Shown here: positions 26,178-39,024 of the stretch, piece by piece | Layout: each line of letters opens with the position of its first letter | Position numbering within the stretch: the stretch's first letter is position 1 | Assembly: GCA_951406725.2 (NCBI GenBank) | Contig: OX597817.1 | Span: 52,266,001 to 52,330,000 of the forward strand | Source: Octopus vulgaris | Taxonomy: Eukaryota | Direction: 5' to 3' | DNA length: 64,000 bases | Notes under the pieces: model-generated | Told to the model about the DNA's origin: nothing | The model's input: the letters and a program-made list of their open reading frames with translations, nothing else | The model's database searches: none | Translations under genes and position numbers: made by a program

Positions 26178-27467
26178 CAAGGGACGTTCAATAAGTAATG
26201 CCTCTGACCCACTTGCAGTTGTTTGATCTAGCTGAAATTTTGCATGTGCAATCATTTATATCTCTATAGAGTAAGTGGCAAATTACAGCTCTGAATTAAT
26301 TGTGGTTTCTGATTTGCAGGTGTTTGAACCGAGTCAAGTGTGAAATGGAGCCTGTTGAGTGTCGAGCAGTGATCCGGTTTTTGTATTTGAAAGGACACAC
26401 ACCATGGGAGACTTTTGATGAAATGAAAGTAGCTTATGGTGATGATGCCCCATCATATGACCTTGTAAAACGCTGGGATCGTGAATTCAAACATGGTCGG
26501 AACTCTGTGGAAACAGCTCCCAGATCTGGTCGCCCCTTCTGCCATTGATGAGGCATCTGTCCGTCAAGTTGAGGCTGCTATTTTGGAAGATCGACGCATA
26601 ATTATTCGCCAAATAGCCCATGAGGTCAAGATTAGTACCGGGTCTGTGGAAACTATCATTCATGACCATTTGCATATGCAAAAGGTGTCTGCCAGATGGA
26701 TTCCCAGGTTGCTCACGCCTTTCCAGAAGCAAGAACGCGTCAAGTGCTCGAGGGTGAATTTGGAGATGTGCCAAGAAGATGAGCCAAAATTTTTCAAAAG
26801 ACTGATTACACAGGATGAAACCTGGGTCCATCACGATGATCCAGAGACCAAAGCCCAGTCAATGCAGTGGAAGTACCGTGACTCACCCCCTCCAAAGAAG
26901 GCAAGGGTGCAGCCCTCCGCTGGCAAGGTCATGCTCACAGTCTTCTGGGACCAGGACGGAGTAGTGATGACAGATTTCCTGGCAAAGGGTACCACAATTG
27001 CAGGAGCCTATTATGCTTCACTTTTGAGGAAATTAAGAGAAGTTATCAAAATCAAGAGGCGGGGCAAGATCAGCAACGGCATCCTCCTCTTGCAGGACAA
27101 CGCTCCGGTTCACAACTCGCTAGTCGCCAGATCAGAAGCACAGGCGTATGGCTATGAACTCCTCCCCATCCCCCCTACTTTCCTGACCTTGCACCCTCTG
27201 ATTTTCACCTCTTCCCAATCATGAAGTTGTTTTTGAAAGGAAAGTGTTTCCCAGATGATGCAGCCTTGATTTCTGAAGTCACATCGTGGTTGGAGGACCA
27301 AGCTGGGGTCTTCTACAAAAACGGTCTCCAGAGCTGCATCAAACAATGGGAGAAATGCATAACTCTGGGTAGTTCCTATGTAGAAAAAGACTAATAACTG
27401 TGCCAAGTTTCGTTGCTCTACTGCTATGGGAAGTGGGTCAGGGGCATTACTTATTGAACGCCCCTCG
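26178..27467 (+). mobile_element. Full-length mariner transposon (1290 bp, Himar1/irritans-like)
   Basis: 37-bp TIRs with 3 mismatches (C[A/G]AGGG[A/G]CGTTCAATAAGTAATGCC[T/C]CTGACCCACTT); TA on both sides. Confidence 0.95.
26345..27394 (+). pseudogene. Mariner DD34D transposase with two frameshifts (~26535, ~27170)
   Basis: MEPVECRAVIRFL, WIPRLL, TQDETW, SAGKVMLTVFWD, LQDNA and PDLAPSDFHLF are split over three frames. Confidence 0.92.
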
Positions 27468-28586
27468 TATAACTATTGTTTTAAGGGAATTTTATTCCCC
27501 CAAAATACTAGGTATTGAACCAGTATTTCCTTGGATGCAACCATCCCTTCACGAGATTAACATACCCTCTAATTAAATTTATATATATATAAATTGTCAT
27601 CATCATCGTTTAACGTCCGCTTTTCATGCTAGCATGGGTTGGACGATTTGACTGAGGACTGGGGAACCAGATGGTTGCACCAGGCTCCAATCTGACGTGG
27701 CAGAGTTTCTGCAGTTGGATGACCTTCCTAACGCCAACCACTCCGAGAATGTAGTGGGTGCTTTTACATGCGGTTTGGAAGCCAGCTGCTTAACTGAACA
27801 GTCGAATCATAAATTATCTCATTGCTTCTTTTCCTTCTTCTCCTCTCATTCCTTCTGTTTTACTTTTCTTTTCCATCCTCATCACCTTCTATTTCTTTAC
27901 TACCCACAAGGGGCTAAACACAGAGAGGACAAACAAGGACAGAAAAACGGATTAAGTTGATTATATCAACCCCAGTGTGTAACTGGTTCTTATTTAATCG
28001 ACCCCAAAAGGATGAAAGGCAAAGTCGATCTCGGCGGAATTTGAACTCAGAACACAGCGGCGGACAAAATACCACAAAGCATTTTGCCCGGCGTGCTAAC
28101 ATTTCTGCCAGCTTGCCGCCTTTTAACTGACTCTATATTAAATTTTTGTTTGTATGTTTTGTTTTAACCCATGGCTGCATGGAAAACGGACGTTAAATGA
28201 TGCTGATGATGATGATGTATTCTGCTTTGAATTTTTTTCCTATAATCGTATAGAATATTTTTACTACTGCAATTTCTTGCTTTATATTCAGCTGCACAGC
28301 TAACACACTTTTCATATAACATGACAACACAATCAACCAGACTATAAGATGTCGTTACACATCGCTGTTCACAATGTGCTTTGCATCATTTTAGCTTTCA
28401 AATGGTGCTAACCCACTGGCTAAGTGAGCAGGCCAACAACTACCCCCGATTGGAAGGTTTGTCCATCGTAGGGTCACTCATTTACAGCTACGTGGACTGC
28501 AGCAATGCAGAATGAAGTGTTTTGCTCAAGAACACAATGCACTGCTCGGTTCAGGAATCAAGCCCACGATCTTTTTACTTACAATA

Positions 28587-28821
28587 ATATTTTCTGTTCT
28601 GTTGTGTCTGAGGAGAGTCATTTTCTTTTCGTGCCTTATAATGTAACACACTGACCGGTAAAATTTCCACTTATTTCTTATTTCCATTTTCCTAAAATTT
28701 TCGTTGCGTCTTGCAATCCTTTCCATAGTCTTAAGACACAAAAAGAAAATGACTCTCCCCAGATACAACAGAATATGCTTCAACACACAAACTCATATAA
28801 AGAATCTTGAAAACCAAATCC
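28587..28821. mobile_element. Penelope-type inverted fragments
   Basis: Same family as 20010-20331; gagagtcattttctttt and aaaagaaaatgactctc in inverted orientation. Confidence 0.6.
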
Positions 28822-28825
28822 ATAC

Positions 28826-30415
28826 CTACTTCTCAAACGCGGTGGGTACTTTCTTCTAAGCCAACTTTCTCTATTCTTCCACTCTGTCTTGACAATGGTG
28901 TTACTCCAGAACAGTGGAAAACTGCCAGTGCCATCCCTCTGTTCAAAAAAAGCGACCGCACATCGCCTGTCAACTATCGCCCCATCAGTCTTACTAGCTG
29001 CATCGCCAAACTGATGGAATCCTGTATCAGAGAAACCCTCTGGAACTTCTGGAAGTCTCACAGCCTCATCCAGCCGTCACAATTCGGATTTATTCCTAAC
29101 TCCAGCTGCTGTAGTCAACTCATCGAGTTTCTTGAGGACGTTACCCAAATCACTGATCGCGGACCCTGGGTGGATGTTGTTTACCTGGACTTTGCTGAGG
29201 CTTTTAACTCTGTGCCACACAAAAGACTTATGGTGAAGCTTTCTGCGTTGGGTGTAAGAGACGAACTCTATAACTGGTTGAAGTCCTTTATTTTCGGCCG
29301 AAAAGAGGTTGTCACAGTTCTAGGACAGCACTCTTCGCCCTATGAGATGGCATCCGGTGTACCACAGGGATCTGTTCTTGGCCCCACCTTTTATTTGTTG
29401 CATATGTTAATGACATAGATGCCAACTTAAAGAATGCCACAGTGCTGAAATATGCAGATGACATCAAGCTGTACCTCGAAATAAAGATATCAAATCCTGA
29501 ACACTACAGATCCCTATTGCAAGCAGACCTGGACACAATGCAGCAGTGGATCATGGACTGGCAACTCAAGCTGGCTGTGGGCAAATGTACCACCATGCAT
29601 TTTGGGAGGAGAAACCCAGCGTCCACCTACTCCCTCCACAACACTAGTCTCAAAAAGTCTTCATGTGAACGTGACCTGGGTGTTATTGTCTACAGTGATT
29701 TGCGTTGGACAAAACACATCGCTAAAATTGTCAAGAAGGCTGAGGGTGTCTTGGCATCACGCACCAAATCCTTTGTGAGCCGCTCTCCGGCTATCTATCT
29801 GCGGCTTTATATAGCTATGGTAAGACCTCACCTGGAATTTGCATCACCAGTATGGAACCCCTATCTTGCCCAGGATATCAATCGTCTGGAAGCCGTTCAG
29901 CGACGTGCAACCAAAAGAATACCCTCCATCAGGCATTTGCCATATCCTGAATGCCTTTACTTCCCTGGGCATGAACACATTGAAACTCCGACATCTGGCA
30001 GCTGACTTGGCAGACACCCATAAAATTATCAACCATCGTACAAACAATAACTCTGAGCACCTTTTCAAACTCCACCCATCTAACACCCATGGACATATTT
30101 ACAAAGCCAGAAAACAGCACAGCTCCCATGACTTCAGGAAACATTTTTTCATGCTGAGAGTTGCTGAAGCATGGAACAAACTGCCGGCATCAGTTGTTAG
30201 TTGTCGGAGCACTGCATCCTTCAAAACTTCCATGCTTTCTGAGATTCGCCAACACTACACCTGATTTTCTCCCCTCCATACACACACAAGCATGTATCTG
30301 ACTCATACATTGTTCGCTTTCCAGACATTTTTACATTACTGCATGTACTTTATATGCACTTTCTGACAAGTTGTGGTGCACCTGAGCACTGTATACAAAA
30401 ATTTCATTATTATTA
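28826..30415 (+). mobile_element. 5'-truncated CR1-group LINE (RT and 3' UTR), frameshifted
   Basis: NYRPISLTS, VVYLDFAEAF, GVPQGSVLGP, YADDIKL, VRPHLEFASPVWNP; (ATT)n tail. Confidence 0.93.
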
Positions 30416-30869
30416 TAAAAACGAAATATTTTCTGTTATAACCAAGATACTTTTGTAATGTTGTGTAATGTACGACTAGATTGCCTTAAGTATAATTAAT
30501 ATGCATTAATGCACTAAAAAGGAGTCTTCCCGAATATGTACTACTGAGATTGGGGTGGATCTAAGACACCCTGCATCTTTTATGCCATCAAATACAGTAT
30601 TTAAGCGGCTGATTTCCCAACGGCAGCAAAACTGTTTTATTATGCAAGGTACATAACTCTGTCTTAGTTTGCCTGGCTATCAAAAGTTCAAATTCGTTTT
30701 TGCTCATGATTGAATTATAAGTTAATAATAGGAAATAGAGCTAAATTAAAAACAATTTCTCCTAGGAAACTCAATTCATTGAATCTGAAAATAATAATGA
30801 AAAATTAATGTAAATCATTAAAAGAATTATATAAAAAGAATGACAATATATATTATATAAAAATATATA

Positions 30870-31248
30870 CTAGCAGTATCGCCCGGCGTTGCTCGGGCTT
30901 GTTTCGACCCTTTAGAATTGGAGCTTTTGAAAAGTAAAAATTTTGCCTTAGGTAGTTTGTTATTCTCTTTAAGTGAATATTTTTCCGGTTGAAATACACC
31001 GAAAAATGGCGACACAGCAGTAAAAAATAGGGATTCTCATAGAAAAAAAGCACCATTTTGATGTAAATAATTTTTGGTATTAACATGGCCCGATTTGAAT
31101 TTTATCTTCTATGGAAGGAAGAGCAAGCCTTCTTCTATCATATTCTCAATTTTGGTCAACTTGCACCGCAGGTTCTCGGAAGAGAGAGTGTTTGTTGAAG
31201 GCTACCAAACCTGCCATACACAGACAACTTCAGCTTTATACATATAGA
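30870..31248 (-). mobile_element. Non-autonomous Helitron (~380 bp)
   Basis: 5' TC, subterminal hairpin CCCGAGCAACGCCGGG, 3' CTAG, inserted at A|T, no TSD. Confidence 0.8.
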
Positions 31249-32964
31249 TATAAAAATATAGATTATATAAAAATAGTAAAAAATTATATCAATATAATAA
31301 AAAATTATATAAAAATAATTAAAAAATTTAATTATCCACCGTACTCATCCTTTTCCAAGATGGTGTGATTTGAAGGAGATGTAGCTGTTATTTCTAGCAG
31401 AGTAACACATCACAGAGATCATAGAGGCGTGCTTGTTGGCTTATACTCTCTTTACTCTTTTTATTTGATTCAGTCATTTGATTGCAGCCATGCTGGAGCA
31501 CCGCCTTTAGTCGAGCAAATCAACCCCAGGATTTATTCTTAAGCCTAGTACTTATTCCATTGGTCTCTTTTGCCGAACCACTAAGTTACGGGGACGTAAA
31601 CACACCAGCATCGGTTGTCAAGCGATGGGGGGACAAACACAGACACACAAACACACACACATATGCATATATACGACAGGCTTCTTTCAGTTTTCATCAA
31701 CCAAATCCACTCACAAGGCTTTGGTTGGCCCGAGGCTATAGTAGAAGACACTTGCCCAAGTTTCCACGCAGTGGGACTGAACCTGGAACCATGTGGTTGG
31801 TGAGCAAGCTACTTACCACACAGCCACTTGAAATTTATAATTTATCCTTATTTGTGGGGTTAATTTTGTTATATAGATAACCTGAAGGAGAGGCCTCTTC
31901 ATCATCATCTTTATCATCATCATCATCATCATCATCATTTAATGTCTGTTTTCCATGCTAGCATGGATTGGACAGTTCGACCGGGGTCTGGGAAGCCAGA
32001 AGGCTTCACCAGGCTCCAGTCTGATCTGGCAGAGTTTCTACAGCTTGATGCCTTCCTAATGCCAACCACTCCATGAGTGTAGTGGGTGCTTTTTACGTGC
32101 CACCGGCACAGGTGCCAGGCGAGGCTGGCAACGGCCACGATCGGTTGGTACTTTTTACATGCCACCGGCATGGAAGCCAGTCAAGGCGGTGCTGGCATTG
32201 GCCACATTCAGATGGTGCTTTTTACGTGCCACCGGCACAGGCATCACAACTACAATTTCCATTGATTTTTGATATTGATGTACTTGACTGAATAGGTCTC
32301 CTCAAGCACAGGGTCGAAACGGTTTTTCTCAACTTGCCACCTGCACAGGAGTCAACCTCTTCTATAATTATCATCATAACTCCAAAAATTGGTACAGGTG
32401 TGGGTTTGTGGTTAAGAAGTTTGCTCTTAAACTGCATAGCTTCAGGTTCAATTTCATTGTGCAGTACCTTGGGTATGTGTTTGCTATGATAGCCCTGGGC
32501 TGATCTATGCTTTATGAAGGAATTTGATAGATGGAAACTGAAAGGAGCCTGTCTTGTATGTGCGCGTGTGTGTATGTGTGTGTGTGTATGAGTGTGTGTG
32601 TGTGAGTGTGTGTGTGTATGTGTGTATGTGTATGTGTGTGTATGTGTATGTGTGTGTGTATGTTTGTGTGTGTGTGAGTGTGTGTATTTGTACGTATGCC
32701 CAGGGTATGATTTTAAACTGTATCCAGTAGCAGGGTACCTTTGTATGGGAGTTTCAGGGTTTTGAGGATTGTGGCATCACCTCTTAACCATTATTTTCCC
32801 CAGGTCTATTCTGACCTGGAGTGCTAGCACCTGTTAGGACCCCCAACTATGGGTTAACTAGCATATAAACCAATGAGAGCGAAGAACCCTTAATTCTTGT
32901 TAGAACTTCCTTCTTGGAGAATGTAACTCATATGAAAAAAAAATGCCTGAAGTGTGTGCATGTG

Positions 32965-33048
32965 TGTGAATGTTTACAATTTACACTTAGCTATGGTTAC
33001 AGATGATGTGAATGTTTACAATTTACACTTAGCTATGGTTACAGATGA
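32965..33048. repeat. Exact 42-bp tandem duplication
   Basis: tgtgaatgtttacaatttacacttagctatggttacagatga occurs twice. Confidence 0.9.
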
Positions 33049-33759
33049 TTACATCACCATTTGCTGCTGTGCTACATGTGATGACATCATCATATGTGTC
33101 TGAGCTGCATCCATTGGTTTTTTGTTGACATTTCCTGTCAATGAATCATCCATTATCTGTGTGCTTTCAAATTTCTCTGGAATAAAAAAAAAACATCCAT
33201 TACTTGAAAAACAGGTAAAGCTTGATGCCATGAGGAGTATTCAGCTGTAGAAATCCCACCTACATCGTGAGATCGTGGGTTCGATTCCTGAACCGAGCAG
33301 TGCATTGTGTTCTTGAGCAAAACACTTCATTCTGCTGTAAATGAGTAACCCTACGATGGACAAACCTTCCAATCGGGGGTAGTTGTTGGCCGTCTCCCCT
33401 AGCCAGTGGGTTAGCACCATTTGAAAGCTGAAATGATGCAAATCACATTGTGAACAGTGATGTGTAATGACATCTTACAGTCTGGTTGATCACGTGATCA
33501 TGTGATATGAAATGTGAGTTGGCAGTGCAGCTGGACATAAAGCCATGCCAAGACGAAAAAATCAGGCATCCCCATAAAAAAAATTAAGTCTTGAAATTTC
33601 ACTGTATTTAGATTAAATGATATAGTAAGTTTTCACAATCTGAAAGAGGACAGTATGCAACTGTTAGCTACGGTTGTTGACTACCTACAGAGCATTTCAT
33701 ATGCTCAGTCAGATGCTTCCAGGTGAGTTCCTGTGCAAACAATTAGGAACAAGAAATTT

Positions 33760-34352
33760 AGTATTTGTAAATCTCACAACGAGAGATATTCAGTAACAGC
33801 ACTTTGGAGTAAAGATTGTTTGCCAACATAACATGGCAGTCCTGGTTTAGGACGAATGTTGCTGTAATTTAGCCCTAGGAGACATCATCTCCAGCTGGCT
33901 ATATGACACGATCTGTATCCTTATATTTTCGAATAACAGCCGAACAATTATTCTGTGCTGATGAAGAGAAATAAGCCAGAAATCACGATACACAGATATT
34001 GTTTTGAGCTGAGTGGGGGTGCTGGATTCCCTTGTTCAAAAATATAAGGACACAGACCGTGTTGTATATATTTCTTTACTATCCACAAGGGGCTAAACAC
34101 AGAGGGGACAAACAAGGAGAGACAATTAAGTCAATTACAGCGACCCCGGTGCGTAACTGGTACTTAATTTATCGACCCGGAAAGGATGAATGGCAAAGTT
34201 GACCTCAGCGGAATTTGAACTGAAGATGATGTCTCTTGGGGCTAAATTACAGCAACATTAGTCCCAAACCAGGACTGCCATGTTATGTTGGTAAACAATC
34301 TTTACTACAAAGTACTGTTGCTGAATATCTCACGTTGTGAGATTTAGAAATA
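33760..34352. mobile_element. Penelope-type inverted repeat (~175-bp arms) with a decayed hammerhead in the spacer; right arm split by a SINE
   Basis: 33760-33930 is the reverse complement of 34035-34070 plus 34220-34352; ctgtg-CTGATGA...GAAA-tcacga-TA-cacag at ~33953-33994. Confidence 0.65.
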
Positions 34353-35490
34353 GTAATTTTCAAGTAGAGGCAGGTTTTGCGTTGTGAAAACGCAACCAGG
34401 GTTATATATGGGTTGAATGAATTAATCGTCATCTTTATAATTATTGTAATGTCCATATTTTTATGTTCACATGGGTCAGTTAGACTTTGTTGAGGTAGAT
34501 TTTCTAAGGCCAGATGCCCTTCTCGTCACCAACTTTTGCTTGTTTGTCTGATGGTGGCACTCATGACATTCACAACCTATTTCTTTATTGCCCACAAGGG
34601 GCTAAACACAGAGAGGACAGACAAATGGATTAAGTCGATTATATCGACCCCAGTGCATAACTGGTACTTATTTAATCGAGCCCAAAAGGATGAAAGGCAA
34701 AGTCGACCTTGGCGGAATTTGAACTCAGAACATAGCGGCAGACGAAATATCGCTAAGCATTTCACCCGGCGTGCTAACGATTCTGCCAGCTCGCCGCCTT
34801 AATGCCATGACACTCACAACCATCAAATGATGTCAAAGTAAGGAGACATAACACCTTCCCCTTCATATATACATGTGCGTGTGTGTGTATGTGTGTGTGA
34901 AGGTGCATGGCCTAGCAGCTGGATGTGTTCCACTCATAATTGTGAGACCATGGGTTCAATTCCCAGACTGGCTGTACATTGTATTCTTGAGCTAAACACT
35001 TCATTTCACGCTGCTCCAGTCCACTCAGCTGTAAATTGGATAACCCTGTAATGGACTGACCGTCCAATCAGCAGGTATGTTGGCCTGCTCACTTAGCCAG
35101 AGAGGTAACATCATTCAAAAGCTAAAATGATGCATAGTGCATTATGACAATATCTGATAATGTAGTTATATATCATCATCATCATTGTTTAACGTCCACT
35201 TTCCATGCTAGCATGGGTTGGACGATTTTGACTGAGGACTGGCAGCTGGTAGGCTACATCAGGCTCCAGTTTGGTCTGGCAAGGTTTCTACAGCTGAATG
35301 CCCTTCCTAATGCCAACCACTCTGAGAATGTAGTGGATGTTTTTTACATGCCACTGGTATGGGGCCAGTCAGGTGGCACTGGCACCTGTCACACTCAAAT
35401 GGTTCTTTTTATATGCCACTGGTATGGGAGCCAGTCATGCAGCACTGGCATTGACCATGCTCAAATGGTGCTTTATAAATATATATATAT

Positions 35491-36374
35491 ACGTGTAAGT
35501 ACCTTGAGAGAAAAGCTGGACCTAAGAAGCATCAGTTGTGGTGTGCAAGAGAGACGTTTGCGCTGGTATGGTCATGTGGCGAGAATGGATGAAGATAGTT
35601 GTGTGAAAAAGTGCCACACCCTAGCGGTTGAGGGAACCTGTGGAAGAGGCAGACCCAGGAAAACCTGGGACGAGGTGGTGAAGCACGACCTTCGAACTTT
35701 AGGTCTCACCGAGGAAATGACTAGAGACCGAGACCTCTGGAAGTGTGCTGTGCGCGAGAAGACCCGGCAGGACAAGTGAGTCCACAACCCGTGGCCTTCT
35801 ACATGGGATGGAGCCAGCCTACGTATGCATACCTTCCCTTCTTGGGACACAAAACTCTACTTGTGAAGACGTGTTGAGGCAAGTGAGGATCAGAATCGAA
35901 ATCGATCAATGGAAATTGCGGATGTGCTACCAGTGCCGGTGGCATGTCGAAACTCTGCTTGTGAAGACCCATTGAGGCAAGTGAGGATCAGAATCGAAAT
36001 CGATCAATGGAAATTGCAGATGTGTTACCAGTGCCGGTGGCATGTAAGAGAACCTTCCGTTTCGCGACCGTTGCCAGCACCGCCCCGTTTCGTGTTCGTT
36101 GCCAGCCTCGCCTGGCCCTCGTGCCGGTGGCACATAAAAAACACCATCCGTTCGTGGCCGTTTGCCAGCTCTGGCTGGCACCAGTGCGGGTGGCACGTAA
36201 AAAGCACCCACTACACTCACGGAGTGGTTGGCGTTAGGAAGGGCATCCAGCCGTAGAAACACTGCCAGATTTGACTGGGCCTGATGAAGCCTTCTGGCTT
36301 CACAGACCCCAGCAGAACCGTCCAACCCATGCTAGCATGGAAAACGGACGCTAAATGATGATGATGATGATGAT
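35491..36374 (+). mobile_element. 5'-truncated RTE LINE 3' end
   Basis: LREKLDLRSISCGVQERRLRWYGHV...KTRQDK*, almost identical to 52100-52384; internal tandem duplication in the 3' UTR; (GAT)n tail. Confidence 0.92.
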
Positions 36375-36653
36375 ACATACATACATACAACAGGCTTCTT
36401 TCAGTTTCTGTCTACCAAATTCACTTACAAGGCTTTGTTCAGCCTGGGGTTATAGTTGAAAACACTTGCCCAAGGTGCCATGCAGTAGGAGTGAACTACA
36501 AACCATGTGACAGGATAGCAAAATTCTTATCACACACACACACCAGATGTTGTTGGTGTCCAAATTCCTACCATTTGGCACTTGGTATAACTTCTCTTAG
36601 CTCATTTTTATCATAAACGTTCTCTACTCTTTTTGTACACATTTAAGACTTAC

Positions 36654-36728
36654 ATCTGACCAGAGTCAAGGTGAGACAACAGCTGCACTGACGATACATT
36701 GAAGCAGAGACACATGTCTGCAGCAGTC
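36654..36728 (-). CDS. Candidate exon of an unknown gene (TAADMCLCFNVSSVQLLSHLDSGQ)
   Basis: gtaagt donor, upstream pyrimidine tract, phase 2-2, in frame with the exon at 36859-36951. Confidence 0.3.
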
Positions 36729-36858
36729 CTTTTGTTCCAAGAAAATAAAAAAAATCTCTTATTGTTAACAGCATATGAATTCTGAAGAATTTGATGATTG
36801 CTCGAGATTATCTCCCTTGTTATATGAAGTCAGTTGTATTTGTTGCTAGGAGACTTAC

Positions 36859-36951
36859 TTTCTCTCATAGCAATGACATGTTGAATAAAACCAGAATTTA
36901 TCTTCTATGATATTCAGTGCACCTTTCTTTATGCATGTGTGTGTGCCATAA
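36859..36951 (-). CDS. Candidate exon of an unknown gene (YGTHTCIKKGALNIIEDKFWFYSTCHCYER)
   Basis: ctcttgctttaactgcag acceptor, gtaagt donor, 93 nt open in phase 2-2, non-repetitive. Confidence 0.4.
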
Positions 36952-37059
36952 CTGCAGTTAAAGCAAGAGGTTTAAAAATAGCTACTTGTATTATTTTGCA
37001 ATTTTTAATTATTATTTTTTTTTGCCAAATATATAGAAAACATTTGTGATCATCTTTAT

Positions 37060-38333
37060 CCCAAATCACTGATCGCGGATCCTGGGTGGATGTTGTTTAC
37101 CTGGACTTTGCTAAGGCTTTTAACTCTGTGCCACACAAAAGACTTATGGTGAAGCTTTCTGCGTTGGGTGTAAGAGACGAACTCTATAACTGGTTGAAGT
37201 CCTTTATTTTCGGCCGAAAAGAGGTTGTCACAGTTCTAGGACAGCACTCTTCGCCCTATGAGATGGCATCCAGTGTACCACAGGGATCTGTTCTTGGCCC
37301 CCCCCTTTTATTTGTTGCATATGTTAATGACATAGATGCCAACTTAAAGAATGCCACAGTGCTGAAATATGCAGATGACATCAAGCTGTACCTCGAAATA
37401 AAGAGGTCAAATCCTGAACACTACAGATCCCTATTGCAAGCAGACCTGGACACAATGCAGCAGTGGATCATGGACTGGCAACTCAAGCTGGCTGTGGGCA
37501 AATGTACCACCATGCATTTTGGGAGGAGAAACCCAGCGTCCACCTACTCCCTCCACAACACTAGTCTCAAAAAGTCTTCATGTGAACGTGACCTGGGTGT
37601 TATTGTCTACAGTGATTTGCGTTGGACAAAACACATCGCTAAAATTGTCAAGAAGGCTGAGGGTGTCTTGGCATCACGCACCAAATCCTTTGTGAGCCGC
37701 TCTCCGGCTATCTATCTGCGGCTTTATATAGCTATGGTAAGACCTCACCTGGAATTTGCATCACCAGTATGGAACCCCTATCTTGCCCAGGATATCAATC
37801 GTCTGGAAGCCGTTCAGCGACGTGCAACCAAAAGAATACCCTCCATCAGGCATTTGCCATATCCTGAATGCCTTTACTTCCCTGGGCATGAACACATTGA
37901 AACTCCGACATCTGGCAGCTGACTTGGCAGACACCCATAAAATTATCAACCATCGTACAAACAATAACTCTGAGCACCTTTTCAAACTCCACCCATCTAA
38001 CACCCATGGACATATTTACAAAGCCAGAAAACAGCACAGCTCCCATGACTTCAGGAAACATTTTTTCATGCTGAGAGTTGCTGAAGCATGGAACAAACTG
38101 CCGGCATCAGTTGTTAGTTGTCGGAGCACTGCATCCTTCAAAACTTCCATGCTTTCTGAGATTCGCCAACACTACACCTGATTTTCTCCCCTCCATACAC
38201 ACACAAGCATGTATCTGACTCATACATTGTTCGCTTTCCAGACATTTTTACATTACTGCATGTACTTTATATGCACTTTCTGACAAGTTGTGGTGCACCT
38301 GAGCACTGTATACAAAAATTTCATTATTATTAT
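37060..38333 (+). mobile_element. Second CR1-group LINE copy, near-identical to 28826-30415
   Basis: Same RT motifs, same frameshift at PECL and same tail. Confidence 0.93.
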
Positions 38334-38354
38334 AAAAAAAAAAAAGGATGGCTT

Positions 38355-38751
38355 ATCTTTATATATAAAGCTGAAGTTGTCTGTGTGTGGCCGGTTTGGT
38401 AGCCTTCAACTAACATTATCTCCTCCGAGACCCTGTGGCACAAGTTGACCAAAATTGAGAGTATGATAGAAGAAGGCTTGCCCTTCATTCCGTAGAAGAA
38501 AAAATTCAAATTGGACCATGTTGACACCAAAAATTATTTACATCAAAAAGGTGCTTTTTTGATCTATGAAAATCCCTATTTTTTACGATTTTTTTACTGC
38601 TGTGTTGCCATTTTTCAGTGTAATTCAACCAGAAAAATGTTCACTTAAAGAGAATAACAAGCTACATAATGCAAAATTTACTTTTCAAAAATTCCCATTC
38701 TAAAGGGTTGAAAAGAAAACAAGCCCAAGTAAAGCTGGGCTATACGGCTAG
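38355..38751 (+). mobile_element. Non-autonomous Helitron, same family as 30870-31248
   Basis: A|TC start, gccc..gggc hairpin, CTAG|T end. Confidence 0.8.
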
Positions 38752-38945
38752 TAACAATATACAAAGGTGAAAACTAAGGGAGGTAACTGCGCCTGAAGAA
38801 CTGTAAAGATTAGGAAAAGGAATTTTGGGTGTTAATGACATTTAGCCTCTCATGAAACCCAGATAGTGATGGTTATGATGATGATGATGACTGTGATGAT
38901 AACAGCAACAGCAACAACAACAACAACAACAACCACAACAACAAC

Positions 38946-38978
<33 letters not shown>

Positions 38979-39024
38979 CCTTTTTCATTTTTCCTGACAA
39001 CCTTAAGACAACATCCCTGCTAAT

